IMG/VR virus record: IMGVR_UViG_3300033073_000160
Location: 51,910-115,909 of that record
Origin: a virus
Taxonomy: Duplodnaviria; Caudoviricetes
DNA length: 64,000 nt
Reading direction: 5' to 3' (one strand)
Notes under the pieces: generated by a model
What the model was told of the DNA's origin: nothing
Database searches by the model: none
The model's input: only the letters and a program-made list of their open reading frames with translations
Shown here: positions 18,138 to 29,500 of the stretch, in pieces
Position numbering within the stretch: the stretch's first letter is position 1
Layout: the number at the start of each line of letters is the position of its first letter
Translations under genes and position numbers: made by a program

Positions 18138-18994
18138 TATACTGCCCCATCGTCGATTATTCTAGCCATACTATATTTGTTCATTAAATGAACATCTAGT
18201 CCGTTAGTTTTTAATGCAGTATATTCGCCAGGAAAGTTTTCTTTTTCAACTAGCAACTTACATTTGTTATCTTTGATGTCTATAATAACATCCTTATCTA
18301 TAGCATAATATAGCTTTCCAGGCAACGGACTAACAAAGTCTCCGTTTGGATCTCCGCCGTTCATGATATGAATTGCTATGCTAAAAGAAAAATCATTCCT
18401 ATAGGTAATAGCATCAATGCTATATAACATTCTATAATAATTCCAATTTTCTTTAATGTGTTTAATTAATTCAAAGAATGATTCAGTTGCCTGACTTTTC
18501 TTAAAATAAAACACAGTTGCCCAGTAAAACGGAACACTATACTGATTAATATAATGGTAGGGAACACGCCATCTTGCTAGGTCGTATGCCTCTTTATATA
18601 TTGCAAAATCATATGTATTATCCCATATGTTTTTTAAACTCTCTGAACATACTATATAATCACTGTCTAATACTAGTGTTTCATCATAGGGACTTAGATC
18701 ATAGCAATCTGATCTAGAAAAGTTTTTCCATTTTAATATCTTACGAGTAACTGTTCCATCGTGGAATGAACGATTCTGCGCCTTGGTAAAATCATTGTTA
18801 GAACTAACATCAATAATTTTATCAAACACCTCTTCAGGGTTAATATCAGACTCGTATAGCCATGTCTTGCTATCAGTGACTAATGACACGGGAATTCCTA
18901 AATACTCTTTAACCCGTCGAGCAGCAAAGATTGCAATTTTTACGTAGTCAATCTCGCTATTATTTTGAGCAAAGATTAATGCGCCTTTACTCAT
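18137..18994 (-). CDS. nucleotide-diphospho-sugar transferase, GT8-like (pair 1)
   Basis: SPYDETLVLDSDY, RNDFSFSIA and HLMNK motifs. Confidence 0.72.
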   Translation of the reverse strand: MSKGALIFAQNNSEIDYVKIAIFAARRVKEYLGIPVSLVTDSKTWLYESDINPEEVFDKIIDVSSNNDFTKAQNRSFHDGTVTRKILKWKNFSRSDCYDLSPYDETLVLDSDYIVCSESLKNIWDNTYDFAIYKEAYDLARWRVPYHYINQYSVPFYWATVFYFKKSQATESFFELIKHIKENWNYYRMLYSIDAITYRNDFSFSIAIHIMNGGDPNGDFVSPLPGKLYYAIDKDVIIDIKDNKCKLLVEKENFPGEYTALKTNGLDVHLMNKYSMARIIDDGAV

Positions 18995-19340
18995 ACTTGA
19001 TTAAATCTTCTACTTTACGTTGTTTTTTTAGATCAGCATACTTTACATAATACTGATTTGCACTTTGATAATATTGATCAAGAATGTTATTATAAAAATC
19101 CTGCAGGTCTTTAATCTGCACAGGCATATTGTTATCGTCAATTAATACAGTATCTTCCGTATATCCAGAATCGATTAGCATTTTGACAAAGCACATTAAA
19201 TCTCTAGTAATTGTAAAACTTGCGCCGCTTTGATAGTATATTAATCCTTGCTGGAATTCTTCAAATGCTAACTTTCGTTGGCTAGTTAATGCAGCCATAA
19301 AATTGGCAGTTTGGAATGCTTTTTCTAATCGTTCATCCAT
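18987..19340 (-). CDS. hypothetical protein leading the glycosyltransferase cluster
   Basis: AGGA RBS; preceded by an ATAATTA box at 19367-19373. Confidence 0.75.
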   Translation of the reverse strand: MDERLEKAFQTANFMAALTSQRKLAFEEFQQGLIYYQSGASFTITRDLMCFVKMLIDSGYTEDTVLIDDNNMPVQIKDLQDFYNNILDQYYQSANQYYVKYADLKKQRKVEDLIKYE

Positions 19341-19392
19341 AGATAATCCTACTTGAGTTTATCAAGTAATTATCTATAATTTTAGGGGGAGA

Positions 19393-20301
19393 TTAGAATC
19401 CTGACTGCGATGCAGACGGAGCTGATACAGATACGTTTGATCCTGAAGGGCGGAACATTTGAACTGTGCTAGTTAATGTTCCGTCGACGTTTTCGTCGAT
19501 TGGTGGTCCTGGCGGTTCGCCTGGGCTTGGGTTATTTAAGTCACCTGCATCCTCATCTTCGAATACCATTTCAAGAATTACTTGTGCGCCGCCAGATGCT
19601 GTTCTAGCATAGATAAAATAATCGTTTTCAGCATACACACCAGAAGGTGCTTGTTTTCTAAAAATAAGCTGGTTGCTACCAGTTAATCCGTAATAGCCAA
19701 TAGAGCTAACGCTACCTGAACCTGTTACAGAAGCAGAGTTTGCGCCAATAGAAATAATTCCCATTTGGCTAAACATCAATGACCACGTTTGGTTTTTGTA
19801 TCCGCTATTACCACCTGAGCGATCTGCACTAATCTGGAAGTTTCCGCCTGCGTTAAAGAAATAACGGGCATGGTCTACGCTACTAAATGTAATTGTGCAA
19901 GTGTGTGTTAATGTTCCATTCCATGCACTTGTGCGCTGATACGGAGTAATAACGTTTTCTAAAGAACCTTGATTGCTAGCAACTGTTAGTCTATCAGCAG
20001 TAATAGTGTCAGCCATCGAATCGTATTGAGCACGAATTGCTTCGCTAACAACTAAACTAGTAGATGTGATTGTTAAATTGCTACTTTGGTCTGTTCCTAA
20101 CTGATGCTGTCTGGCTTTTAATAAATCAGTTCTTAAATTGTTCCATTGGCTAACAAGGATTGAATCGCCGACGTTAACTTGACTGCTTACTAAACTTTGC
20201 CCGTAGCCGTAGTCATTAGAGCCGGTGCCTAGCACTAGGCTAACTTTACCTTGTATTGAATTATAGTCAGCTGCCCTAACTCTTGAACCTACACCTGGCA
20301 T
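19393..20301 (-). CDS. virion structural protein (tail/fibre-associated)
   Basis: Ser/Gly/Thr-rich beta-type composition; lies in the fibre operon. Confidence 0.65.
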   Translation of the reverse strand: MPGVGSRVRAADYNSIQGKVSLVLGTGSNDYGYGQSLVSSQVNVGDSILVSQWNNLRTDLLKARQHQLGTDQSSNLTITSTSLVVSEAIRAQYDSMADTITADRLTVASNQGSLENVITPYQRTSAWNGTLTHTCTITFSSVDHARYFFNAGGNFQISADRSGGNSGYKNQTWSLMFSQMGIISIGANSASVTGSGSVSSIGYYGLTGSNQLIFRKQAPSGVYAENDYFIYARTASGGAQVILEMVFEDEDAGDLNNPSPGEPPGPPIDENVDGTLTSTVQMFRPSGSNVSVSAPSASQSGF

Positions 20302-20314
20302 AATACTTTCCTTA

Positions 20315-21778
20315 TTATAAAATTAATGCTTCAACAACTTTAACGCCTTCGTCATCGCTAGATTCCAACGCTACTGCAAACACTCCGCTCGCATGTGGAA
20401 CTGCCATCATAGCGCATCCATTGTCTGCTGCAATTAATTCATCACCCTTTTTAATGCGACCAATAACTTTAACCGGAACACGGCCTTTAAGTGCAACTGG
20501 TGTTCCGCCTACTAGTTCACTATTCATTAGATACGCAGGATTTGTAGATACTGCGCCAATAGCACGTTTGCCCCACTTACTAGCTGTGATTTCTTTTTCA
20601 CCACCAATCATTACAACAGTTCCTGGCTCGTATGTTGCATCTGCTAGATAATTTTCTGCCAAGTCAGCGTAACGTGCTGTAGAAGCTTCACCTTGGAACA
20701 AACTAGCAAATAAATTGCCACTGCTATCACGGGCTGCAATTGAGTTTTGAGTTGCCGCAGTTGATGCGCTTCTATATTGTCCGCCAACTTCTAATGTAGT
20801 TGCTTTTGATGCAACTCCAACGAAATCATTTGCATAAACTGCTCTAAATTTCAATACATCACTACCAACGTCAGTGCTTTCTGAGACGCCAGGTAATATA
20901 TCGTTACCAATAATCTTTAAAGGTGTGCGAGTAACACTAGATGATTTGGTTCTAAAAATAATTTTATTAGTGTCACCGACTACGTTTTCAATAACAGGAT
21001 CAGTAGAGTTTTCAATTGACACTCTTAATACGTTATTATTACCAACAGTATAACCTAAGTCGTTAAAACGAACTAGTGTATTAAATGTTGCAGAACCTGC
21101 GCGAACGTAGTCTGCTGCAAGATAACCGCCTAATCTATCTGAATCAGTTGCAGTTCCGTGAAATCTGTCGTCAGCATTAGCAGTTACGCCAGTTGGGCTT
21201 CCTACAAGGTTAATACCAGGCTTTAGTTGACCGGTAAATCCCTCAATAGCGTTAACTGATGATAATGTAAATGTGTCATTTGCAATAATAAACAAAGTTC
21301 TGTCGTCGACAATCGCTTCAATAATAGCATGTCCAACAGTATCTGTATCCAAAACGCTACGAGAAAGCATTTGTGTTGTGCCTTGGCCTGCAACACCTTG
21401 TGGACCTACTAGAATAAACTCAGCGCCGTTCCACGCATACAACTGATCGTTAGTAGTATCATACCAAAAATCGCCAGTTGTTAAACCTGTTGGAGCAGTT
21501 GGGGAGATTTCAGCACCGCCAGTTGTGCGGAATTTTGTGCCATCATAAAATTTTAACTTACGTGTTCCACTATCAAACCAGATCTGACCTTTAATTGGCT
21601 TAGAAGGCTGCGTAGCTGCGGCAAAGTTTTCTAGCAAAAATACTAGATTCTCGTTTTGCACTTCACCGTAACCGGCATAGTTTTTACCAATAAGTTTGAT
21701 ATCTAGCGTGTTATCGATCGTGCCGTCGGCGATTACCGTAACTTGCGATCCGTCATATTTGTTAATGGTATAGGCCAT
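20315..21778 (-). CDS. tail fibre protein with putative C-terminal intramolecular chaperone domain
   Basis: Shared N-terminal anchor domain; C-terminal YADLAENY...YEPGTVV...PVALKGRVPVKV. Confidence 0.75.
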   Translation of the reverse strand: MAYTINKYDGSQVTVIADGTIDNTLDIKLIGKNYAGYGEVQNENLVFLLENFAAATQPSKPIKGQIWFDSGTRKLKFYDGTKFRTTGGAEISPTAPTGLTTGDFWYDTTNDQLYAWNGAEFILVGPQGVAGQGTTQMLSRSVLDTDTVGHAIIEAIVDDRTLFIIANDTFTLSSVNAIEGFTGQLKPGINLVGSPTGVTANADDRFHGTATDSDRLGGYLAADYVRAGSATFNTLVRFNDLGYTVGNNNVLRVSIENSTDPVIENVVGDTNKIIFRTKSSSVTRTPLKIIGNDILPGVSESTDVGSDVLKFRAVYANDFVGVASKATTLEVGGQYRSASTAATQNSIAARDSSGNLFASLFQGEASTARYADLAENYLADATYEPGTVVMIGGEKEITASKWGKRAIGAVSTNPAYLMNSELVGGTPVALKGRVPVKVIGRIKKGDELIAADNGCAMMAVPHASGVFAVALESSDDEGVKVVEALIL

Positions 21779-21798
21779 TGTTTATTCCTCGTTCCTAG

Positions 21799-21805
21799 TA
21801 TTTAT
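21799..21805 (-). promoter_or_regulatory. late promoter (ATAAATA)
   Basis: Intergenic, upstream of 21778. Confidence 0.6.
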
Positions 21806-21812
21806 CGTTTGT

Positions 21813-23747
21813 TTATAATACAATCTCTGCTCCACTGGATTCCCAAGTCCAAGCGCCGCCGCTTACAACATAAGTTTTAACAGATCTAGTATACGTAATA
21901 GTTGCAGCGCCGGTGTTAACCGTGTTAATTACAAAGTCTTCGACTACAGGAACATCAGATCCCGGTAAAACTCCGTAAATTGTTGCTTCGCCCGAAGGAG
22001 TTGTTACTAACGTTCCTGTATCCGACTGCCCTAGCGCTGAGCTATAAGTTATGTCAAACCCTGGCGCAACATTTAGAGCAGGGAAACTTACCGTCTGCTT
22101 AGTGCATAACACCCTGCAACGAGCTCCATTTGGATATTCTAGCAATGCTGTTTCTGGACTAATAACTGGAAATACTGCTTCTAAAATTGTTGCAATTTGA
22201 GATTTTAGGGTAGATTCAACTGTGCTTAACCCTGTAATGTCGAGTTCATATCCAATAGAAGTAGTAGAAACTCTATCTAGCAAATACTGCAAATTAACTG
22301 CGTCTGTTGCTTGAACTGGGTCAGAAATGCCTCGTATAATACTAGATGATACGTTAACAACACCTGTCCCGTTAGGGCTAATAATAATATCACCGTTTGT
22401 ATTAGTAGAACTAATTGTATTATTTTCTAATTTTAAATTAACAACTTCTAATACATCTAAATTTCCAACTGTTCGTAAGCTACTATCTCTAACATATGAA
22501 CCTAGTCTAGTTGCAGATAACACAGAAATATTGTTAATTTTATATTCTTTATCAGTGTCTAAACTAATATGATCAGTAACTACCCAGTTACTATCAGCAA
22601 CATCAATTGCATCTTTATTCCATAAGATTGTATGGTCTGTTGTTCCCTTAAGAATGATGCCGCCGCCGTCGGCTGTTGAATCTGTAGGAGTATCAACTAC
22701 ACCTAATTCAATGTTTAAATCTTTAATTGAAGTATTTGTAGTTTCAATGCTAGTTGTTACACCTTTAACTGTTAAATTTCCTTCAATAATAACATTACTA
22801 TTAGCAGAATTTGCAGAAGTTCCAATATGTAGCATTGCTTCTGGTGCAGAATTAAATACCCCAACATACTCTGTAGTAGGTTTAATATGTATTGCCGACT
22901 TGATTACATTTCCGCTCTTAGCTTTTAAAACAATTTCTTGTCCAGATTGCAAGGGAGTAATATTAAACTCAGCATTAGTTACTCTAATTTCAGTCGAAGG
23001 GCCAGGGCCCAATGTTAAAGGCAGCGTATTATTAATTGTAACTGCGCCTTGGAATGTTGTAGACTCGTCTGTGACTGATACAAAATCTTCAGGAACTTTA
23101 ACTTGTCCTGCTTGATTTAATAATCCCCTTGCCTGACTAATAATGCCTTTAAATTCAACACCAGTTAATGAACTAGTGTTGAATCCTTTGTAAATTTTTC
23201 CAGGCTTTGCGCCAGTGATAGGAGTTGCAGGAGTAAACTCGTCTTTACTCCAGATACCAAGTAGAGCTTGGCCAACATACATCATAGCTAATGTATGGCT
23301 AATTTGATTTGTATCTAAGTGAGTTTCAATTGTTAGTCCTGTAAGACCTTGTTGATCGTTGAACTGCGGACCTGCTAGTGTTAATTGTGTGCCGTCGTAG
23401 AAGAATAACTGTTTTCTATAGCTGTCAATCCAGATATCACCCTGGACTAAATTGCTAGGAACTTTATTAGACACAATCGTCCCACCGGATACTCTAAATC
23501 CATTGCCGTCGTAGACTTTTAAACGTCCTTCTGTAGTGTCATACCAAATTTGTCCAGTAATTGGATTATTAGGTGCATTAGTGTTTGCAAATGATTCTAG
23601 CAGCTTGATAAAGTTTTCATTTAAAAACTCACCGTAACTACTAGAATTTTTACCTACTAGTGTTAAATCAGTTGACGTTTGATCGATTGTTCCGTCGACT
23701 ACTTCGGTTAAAACTGATCCATCTGTTTTATTAATAATATAGCTCAT
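21813..23747 (-). CDS. tail fibre / baseplate-attached protein
   Basis: Shared N-terminal domain (LTLVGKNSSSYGEFLNENFIKLLESFA); DPVQATDAVN fibre-type motif. Confidence 0.75.
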   Translation of the reverse strand: MSYIINKTDGSVLTEVVDGTIDQTSTDLTLVGKNSSSYGEFLNENFIKLLESFANTNAPNNPITGQIWYDTTEGRLKVYDGNGFRVSGGTIVSNKVPSNLVQGDIWIDSYRKQLFFYDGTQLTLAGPQFNDQQGLTGLTIETHLDTNQISHTLAMMYVGQALLGIWSKDEFTPATPITGAKPGKIYKGFNTSSLTGVEFKGIISQARGLLNQAGQVKVPEDFVSVTDESTTFQGAVTINNTLPLTLGPGPSTEIRVTNAEFNITPLQSGQEIVLKAKSGNVIKSAIHIKPTTEYVGVFNSAPEAMLHIGTSANSANSNVIIEGNLTVKGVTTSIETTNTSIKDLNIELGVVDTPTDSTADGGGIILKGTTDHTILWNKDAIDVADSNWVVTDHISLDTDKEYKINNISVLSATRLGSYVRDSSLRTVGNLDVLEVVNLKLENNTISSTNTNGDIIISPNGTGVVNVSSSIIRGISDPVQATDAVNLQYLLDRVSTTSIGYELDITGLSTVESTLKSQIATILEAVFPVISPETALLEYPNGARCRVLCTKQTVSFPALNVAPGFDITYSSALGQSDTGTLVTTPSGEATIYGVLPGSDVPVVEDFVINTVNTGAATITYTRSVKTYVVSGGAWTWESSGAEIVL

Positions 23748-25900
23748 TATAATGTTCCAGTATAGATAATATAGTTAATTGTTGTGTAAGGATTCATTAC
23801 ATTGAACGGTGTTCCTAAATCAGGAACTGTTAAGTTATCTGTTAAAATACCACCGCTAGTTGCAAGAGCTTGTGCAGAACCAGTTCCACCAGTAGCGCCC
23901 TGTGCAGGAATACCGTCATCTACCGGTGCTCCTGGAACATTGCGTGTTGCATAATATTGATTTCCAACTGAGCCGTCGCCCCGTGTTCCACGTAAATCGT
24001 GTTCGTGATCCGGAATATTGTTTATTGAAAGATTCTTTTCTTCTCCGCCGGACTTTGCGCCAATAATGTCAGCAGTTACATCTGTAACAACATCAGCAAT
24101 GCCGCCGCCGGCGTCAACTAAAATAGTGCTGTTATCTTTACTAGGAACAGTTCTACCGTTATCCATGTTATCTCGACCTAACGGGAATCTTCCACGTAAG
24201 TCAGGTAAAGCAAATGTGCTAGATCCAATTAATAAGTTAATGTCTTTGTATGCATATCCGATTACGCTAAACAAAGCAGGAAATTCCGAAATCCTAACTT
24301 CACTTCCGTCGCATAATAAGTATCCGCCCGGGGCAACTGTGCCTGCATATGGTAAAATTGCACCAGTTGGGACTGTTGCGGCAGAAGCAAATAAAGTTTG
24401 TTTAGATATCTTGCGTAAACCTAGGCTTGGACGCAACACTAAAAATTGATCTGTTTGGTATGCGCTAGCAACTTCTTCTCTAGCATCAATCATATCTTGA
24501 CCGATTACTGTTTGGAATGTCGCTGTGCCGTCGTTAGTTTGTCCGTTGAAGCTAATTTGATTACTTGTAACATCTCCAACTAGTTGGAATAATGTAGGAC
24601 TTGTTAACCTAGCAGCGGAACCCGAAATGTTACCCGCCAATGATCCGCTAAACGAACCGCTAAACGAACCAATAAACGTTTCAGCGTAAATGTTTCTAAA
24701 AGATCTTGTTTCTGAACCGATGTCGTATTTTAAATGTGCAGCAGCTGATCCAGGTAATATAACCGGAACGTCGGATCTAGGATTACCGTTAACATCTAAG
24801 AAATTAATTAAAGTCTGACCATGGGTAGTAATATTGCCGCCGAACGTTGAAACTGTGCCAACTGATAATCCGCCGTCAGTTTGAATACTAGTAGTTCCTG
24901 TTCCAGTAACAATTATACCGCTATCAGATCGAATATTTCCTGTAACATCTAAGCTTTCTGTTGGATTAGTTTTATTAATACCAACACTAGTTACATTTTC
25001 TGTAGAAGTTGCTCTTAAAACAGTTTGTAAATCTCCACTAGCTAATGTTAACTTAAAGTCAATAACACTATTACTGTTTTTAGATTGTAATACTGCGGAG
25101 TTAGTATCAGTTCCAATATTAAAACTTAAATCTCCACCAAAACTAATACCACTATTTGAACGAACATTTAATCCATAGTTAGTTGTGCTAACTTGATCTG
25201 ATCTTAAAAAGCTAGTAGACGGAATTGTTGAGCCTGCAACTACTAGGGCATCTGCTTTACTTGCAGTTCCCCACATTTTAATAGGACTAGTAGAGCTAGT
25301 CGCTCCAGTAGTATTGATATTAAATCCGTTACCGATTACATCAAATCCTGCAATGGCAGCTTTTGGAACAAAAGACGTATTGCTTAAGATTGCAATTCTG
25401 TCACCGTCTGCATAAAAACTAACAACACCGTGAGTATTATTACTTGTGTCTACAATAGATTCTACATCAGGACCAGTTTTTAATCCTCCGCTAAACTGCG
25501 GGCCAATTAAAACCCAGTTAGATCCGGAGAACATGTATAACTGTTGGTTATCTGTATCAACCCAAAGGTCGCCTTTAATACTGTTGCTAACCGCCGGAGC
25601 ACTAGTAGCTTTCTTTACGCTACCTGCTGCGGTCCAAGTTGTGCCGTCAAACACTTTAAGTTGATTAACACCAGCAGTATTATCAAACCATAGTTGTCCT
25701 TGAACAGGGTTGCTAGGTGCAGTTGACTTAGCAAAGTTTTCTAATAAGTGTAAAAAGTTTTCTGCAACAAATTGTGCATATCCTGCGTAATTCTTACCAA
25801 CAAATGTTAAACTTGTTTCACTGTTAAGTGTTTGGTCTTCAACTACAATAGTAGTCTTTTGCGGATTATTAGTTTCTGAATATCGAACTTGATATGACAT
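23747..25900 (-). CDS. short tail fibre-like protein with tail collar domain (gp12-like)
   Basis: VPTGAILPYAG...GYLLCDG...LFSVIG...LPDLRGRFPLG collar, HEH metal motif, MNPYTTINYII end. Confidence 0.82.
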   Translation of the reverse strand: MSYQVRYSETNNPQKTTIVVEDQTLNSETSLTFVGKNYAGYAQFVAENFLHLLENFAKSTAPSNPVQGQLWFDNTAGVNQLKVFDGTTWTAAGSVKKATSAPAVSNSIKGDLWVDTDNQQLYMFSGSNWVLIGPQFSGGLKTGPDVESIVDTSNNTHGVVSFYADGDRIAILSNTSFVPKAAIAGFDVIGNGFNINTTGATSSTSPIKMWGTASKADALVVAGSTIPSTSFLRSDQVSTTNYGLNVRSNSGISFGGDLSFNIGTDTNSAVLQSKNSNSVIDFKLTLASGDLQTVLRATSTENVTSVGINKTNPTESLDVTGNIRSDSGIIVTGTGTTSIQTDGGLSVGTVSTFGGNITTHGQTLINFLDVNGNPRSDVPVILPGSAAAHLKYDIGSETRSFRNIYAETFIGSFSGSFSGSLAGNISGSAARLTSPTLFQLVGDVTSNQISFNGQTNDGTATFQTVIGQDMIDAREEVASAYQTDQFLVLRPSLGLRKISKQTLFASAATVPTGAILPYAGTVAPGGYLLCDGSEVRISEFPALFSVIGYAYKDINLLIGSSTFALPDLRGRFPLGRDNMDNGRTVPSKDNSTILVDAGGGIADVVTDVTADIIGAKSGGEEKNLSINNIPDHEHDLRGTRGDGSVGNQYYATRNVPGAPVDDGIPAQGATGGTGSAQALATSGGILTDNLTVPDLGTPFNVMNPYTTINYIIYTGTL

Positions 25901-25903
25901 TTA

Positions 25904-26512
25904 TTATACTCCAGCTAGACCAGTTAAACTTTGAATACGCACAGTATAATCAATCTGAATTAGTCTGTTTAAAGATTTTTGAACAGGATGGAAGATAACG
26001 TGTGTTAATAACAAACTTTGATCTGTTGAGCTATACGATTTTAAACCTAACTCATCAAACACATACTCGCCCTGATTATCGTTAGTATTATCAAATGCGC
26101 TTTGACCGCCGGGTTCACCGTAGTCTAAAAGACACGTTACAAACACATCAGTATAGTTTGTGCCAGTAACGTGACGAGTTTCGATGTAATTTCTAGTAGG
26201 GTCGCTATTATTGCTCGAGCGATCGTCAACTACTTTTGTATAAGTTTGATTATACAAGCTGGCATTACTGCCTGAACTATTCGGAGTTAGATATGTAATA
26301 ATACCAGTTGGATCCACGGCTGTTCCGCCGTTACCAAACGCCATCTCGTATATGAAACCCTGACCGCTGTTTGCAATACTTTGCGCTAATGCTATACTAA
26401 TATTTTCATAGTGAATAGCATTGCGTTTGTTTATAAACACTTCTTTGGTTTCAGGGTTCCATATTTTAATATGTCCCTCAATGTTTAGCCCTGTTAAATC
26501 TTTACTTTGCAT
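25904..26512 (-). CDS. baseplate/virion structural protein
   Basis: FDELGL...LTHVIFHPVQKS; located between the wedge and fibre genes. Confidence 0.65.
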   Translation of the reverse strand: MQSKDLTGLNIEGHIKIWNPETKEVFINKRNAIHYENISIALAQSIANSGQGFIYEMAFGNGGTAVDPTGIITYLTPNSSGSNASLYNQTYTKVVDDRSSNNSDPTRNYIETRHVTGTNYTDVFVTCLLDYGEPGGQSAFDNTNDNQGEYVFDELGLKSYSSTDQSLLLTHVIFHPVQKSLNRLIQIDYTVRIQSLTGLAGV

Positions 26513-26533
26513 AGTAATCTCGCATTATTGTAT

Positions 26534-26540
26534 TATTTAT
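26534..26540 (-). promoter_or_regulatory. late promoter (ATAAATA)
   Basis: Intergenic, upstream of 26512. Confidence 0.6.
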
Positions 26541-26561
26541 CTACTCATATTATCTGGCAGT

Positions 26562-29500
26562 TTAACTAGTTCTAGTAGGGGTATACCAAATACCTTCTTC
26601 TGCTTTTAAGAACGAGTTAATATTATCGTTGCTAGCCGCTAACAATCGCTGATCTCGTAAATCAAACGTAGTTGTGCCTGTATCAAAATCAGTAGCAGTT
26701 GTATCTACAATCATTTCTGTTGGGAAATAAGTAATTCCAGACCATAAACGACCTGTTTTCTTTACAACAGTTACTTTTACACCTTCGTCAAGTGCGTTTG
26801 ATAGCTTAATACTGTTAGTAATTCCGTCCACTGTAAAGTCAGCATCGAAGCTAACATCGCCCTCTGGGCTTTCAGGATGGATGCTGACATTGTGAACTTT
26901 GTAATCGTGCTTCTTCAAACGTAGATTTCCAATGAAGAAATTCCATTTGTCAACATCCGCTGAGAACACAGCAGATGAAGTATGCTCTGTTACGCATCTG
27001 TATGCGTAGCTGCCAACTTGCACAATGGTTCCAACGCTGTATAGCACGCCGGATGCCCAGGTTAATGCGGTGTCATATCCGCCAACAAACACTTCAATTT
27101 CGTTTACAGATGTAGGAATAAAAGGAATTTCAATATCTAACGATCCAGTTGAAGCAACTTGCTCTATTTGAGTATCATCTCTATACGGAATAGTTTCGCT
27201 TGGTCCAATATCTTGAACATGGGCACCTGCTGGGTAAACTGGTGCTGCGCCTGTTCCAAGTGTTGCTCTACGTAAACGACTTAAAACATTACCATTCTTT
27301 GCAAAATATTCAATACGTTCGCCTCGAATTTCAACAACACCTGGATAATTTCTAGCAGGGTTAGGTTCTTCGAAGTTAGATGCATCTTCTACTTCAATCT
27401 CTGTATCATAGAAATTTAACGGGTTAACTAAGGCAGATTGTTTCTTTTTACTTAGACGTTTAAAGTGTGTTCTATTCAACATATCTTTGAATTGCATATA
27501 GCTAACAGATGCAGTTGCTATGTTTCTAGAATATGTGATAACATCTATCTTATCATCTAACAACAATGGTTGTTCAAATTTAATGCTTTGTCTATCAGCA
27601 TTTAACTTGTAATCAACACTAGGTGTTAACAGCGTTCCGTTTTTGCTTACCCATACACTTGAATCGTTAAGAACTGCGCGGCCAAGGACAACGTTTCCGC
27701 CAGTTAGCCCAACATAGTTATAATAATTAAACTCATCGGGAGTATAAACAAGCTCAGATTTGATTGTTAGTTGTGTTCGTTGAATGTCAAGAATGTCGTG
27801 CTTATACGCAGTAGTAATTTCAACAATAGAATCTACCGCAGGCGCTGTTACAAACTTAATAGTTGAAGGCGTAGCAGGCACAGTAATAATTTGTGTTGGA
27901 TTCTCTGGGTCAACATAGGTATATCCTGCAGAACCAGGAATAATTGAATACTCTTGTCCTGTAGTAATACAGATGATCAACGTCTTATTCTTGTATGTGT
28001 TGTAGACATTTCTGTTAATCTTGACACTTATTCCTGCTGGATCAATATTATAATCTACGTTTACTTTTAACAATACACCGTCAGCATAAACTGTAATGTC
28101 AGACATATCTGGTTCATACGGTTTTACTTTTGATTGGTCAACAAAATAAGTTAACTTATTCTTATTAATTGTATAGTAGCTTGTATTAGCAGGACGTAAA
28201 ATTGTTTGATCAACTCTAACAATTAAATTAGTTGCCAACGGTAGTGAATTACCAATCGGTGCTGATACTAACAGGTCAGTCGAACTACCAGTTGGGTGCA
28301 ATCTTTCTGTAGTTACTACAGAGAAATTATTATCAATTCCTTCTACGATAACATAGTTAATAACTTGTCCAACAGCGGGTGCTGTTCCAAATCTAATTCC
28401 AACACTATTAACGTTTTCGTATGTGCTATCGGTTCTAAATAGCTCATAAGGTTCTGGATTACCATTAATATATACCAACGAACTAATCGATTCTAACCAA
28501 GGAGACTTTGTAATAAACTCAGTTGTAGTCCCGTTGCCAACAAAGTAGTCAATGTCTAATACATTTGACCCGTTAAATCCAAAATTAAACAATGCAACAA
28601 CTTGACCGGCTGTAGGAACTTCTAAAAGTGTTACAGTTCTATCAGCGTAGTTAACAGTATAATCGTCAACGTTTGTTAAAACAACATTATCAACTTTTAC
28701 TAATACTGCTTCTGCACTATTAATATACTGGCTCATTGCAAATGTATCTAATGCTCCGTCAGCAACATGTGTATCTACGCGAACATTAGCAGCGCCGCTG
28801 CCTGGGCGATAAAAGACTTTAATAGCAACTGCATCTACTACTTGTCCTGGAACAACTTCTTCAACATCTGAGCTAGTTGTTGGGGTAACAAATCCATCAC
28901 CGTCTAATAAAATATCATCTGCTGCTAAACCTGTAGCAGTTTGATATCCAATAAAACCATTGGCATCATAACCTCCACTCAAAGCAGTATCATAGTCAAC
29001 TTCTTGAGGTTTGATAGAACCATCGCTTGTGCTCTTGCGGAAGAATAATTTGTTATATCCAAAAGTTAAATTGGTATCTGCAGGAATTTCAACTGTAATT
29101 GCGTTTGACAATGTTACTAAGTTGGTCACAACATCCACGGCGATTACTGTAGTATTTGTTGGAATTCCTGTTGTTGTGATTCTTGGCAAGTATGAACTTA
29201 CTAAATCGCCAACTGCTACTCCAACTGCGTTGCTAAGAGCAATCTTAGTAGTGCCTTTAACTTGTATACCCGTTGTAAAATTAGTGCCTGTGCCAACAAC
29301 TAACTCCGATGCATTTGGTATTGCAGCTAACAATGCGTTAGAGATTTCCATTATAGGAGTAATAGTCATTGGAATTAATGCTACAGACTGCGGGTCTCCC
29401 GTTAACTGTGCAGTCGAAGTAGTTCCTGCAACACCTTCTCTAGATGAAACACTTGCAGAAAAGTTAATGCCAGAACTAGATGCTTGAGGTATAATTGAAA

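Noticed and set aside
20315-25900. Diversity-generating retroelement or invertible tail-fibre cassette
   Set aside because: No reverse transcriptase, recombinase or near-identical template/variable repeat pair was seen; fibre similarity is at the protein level only.
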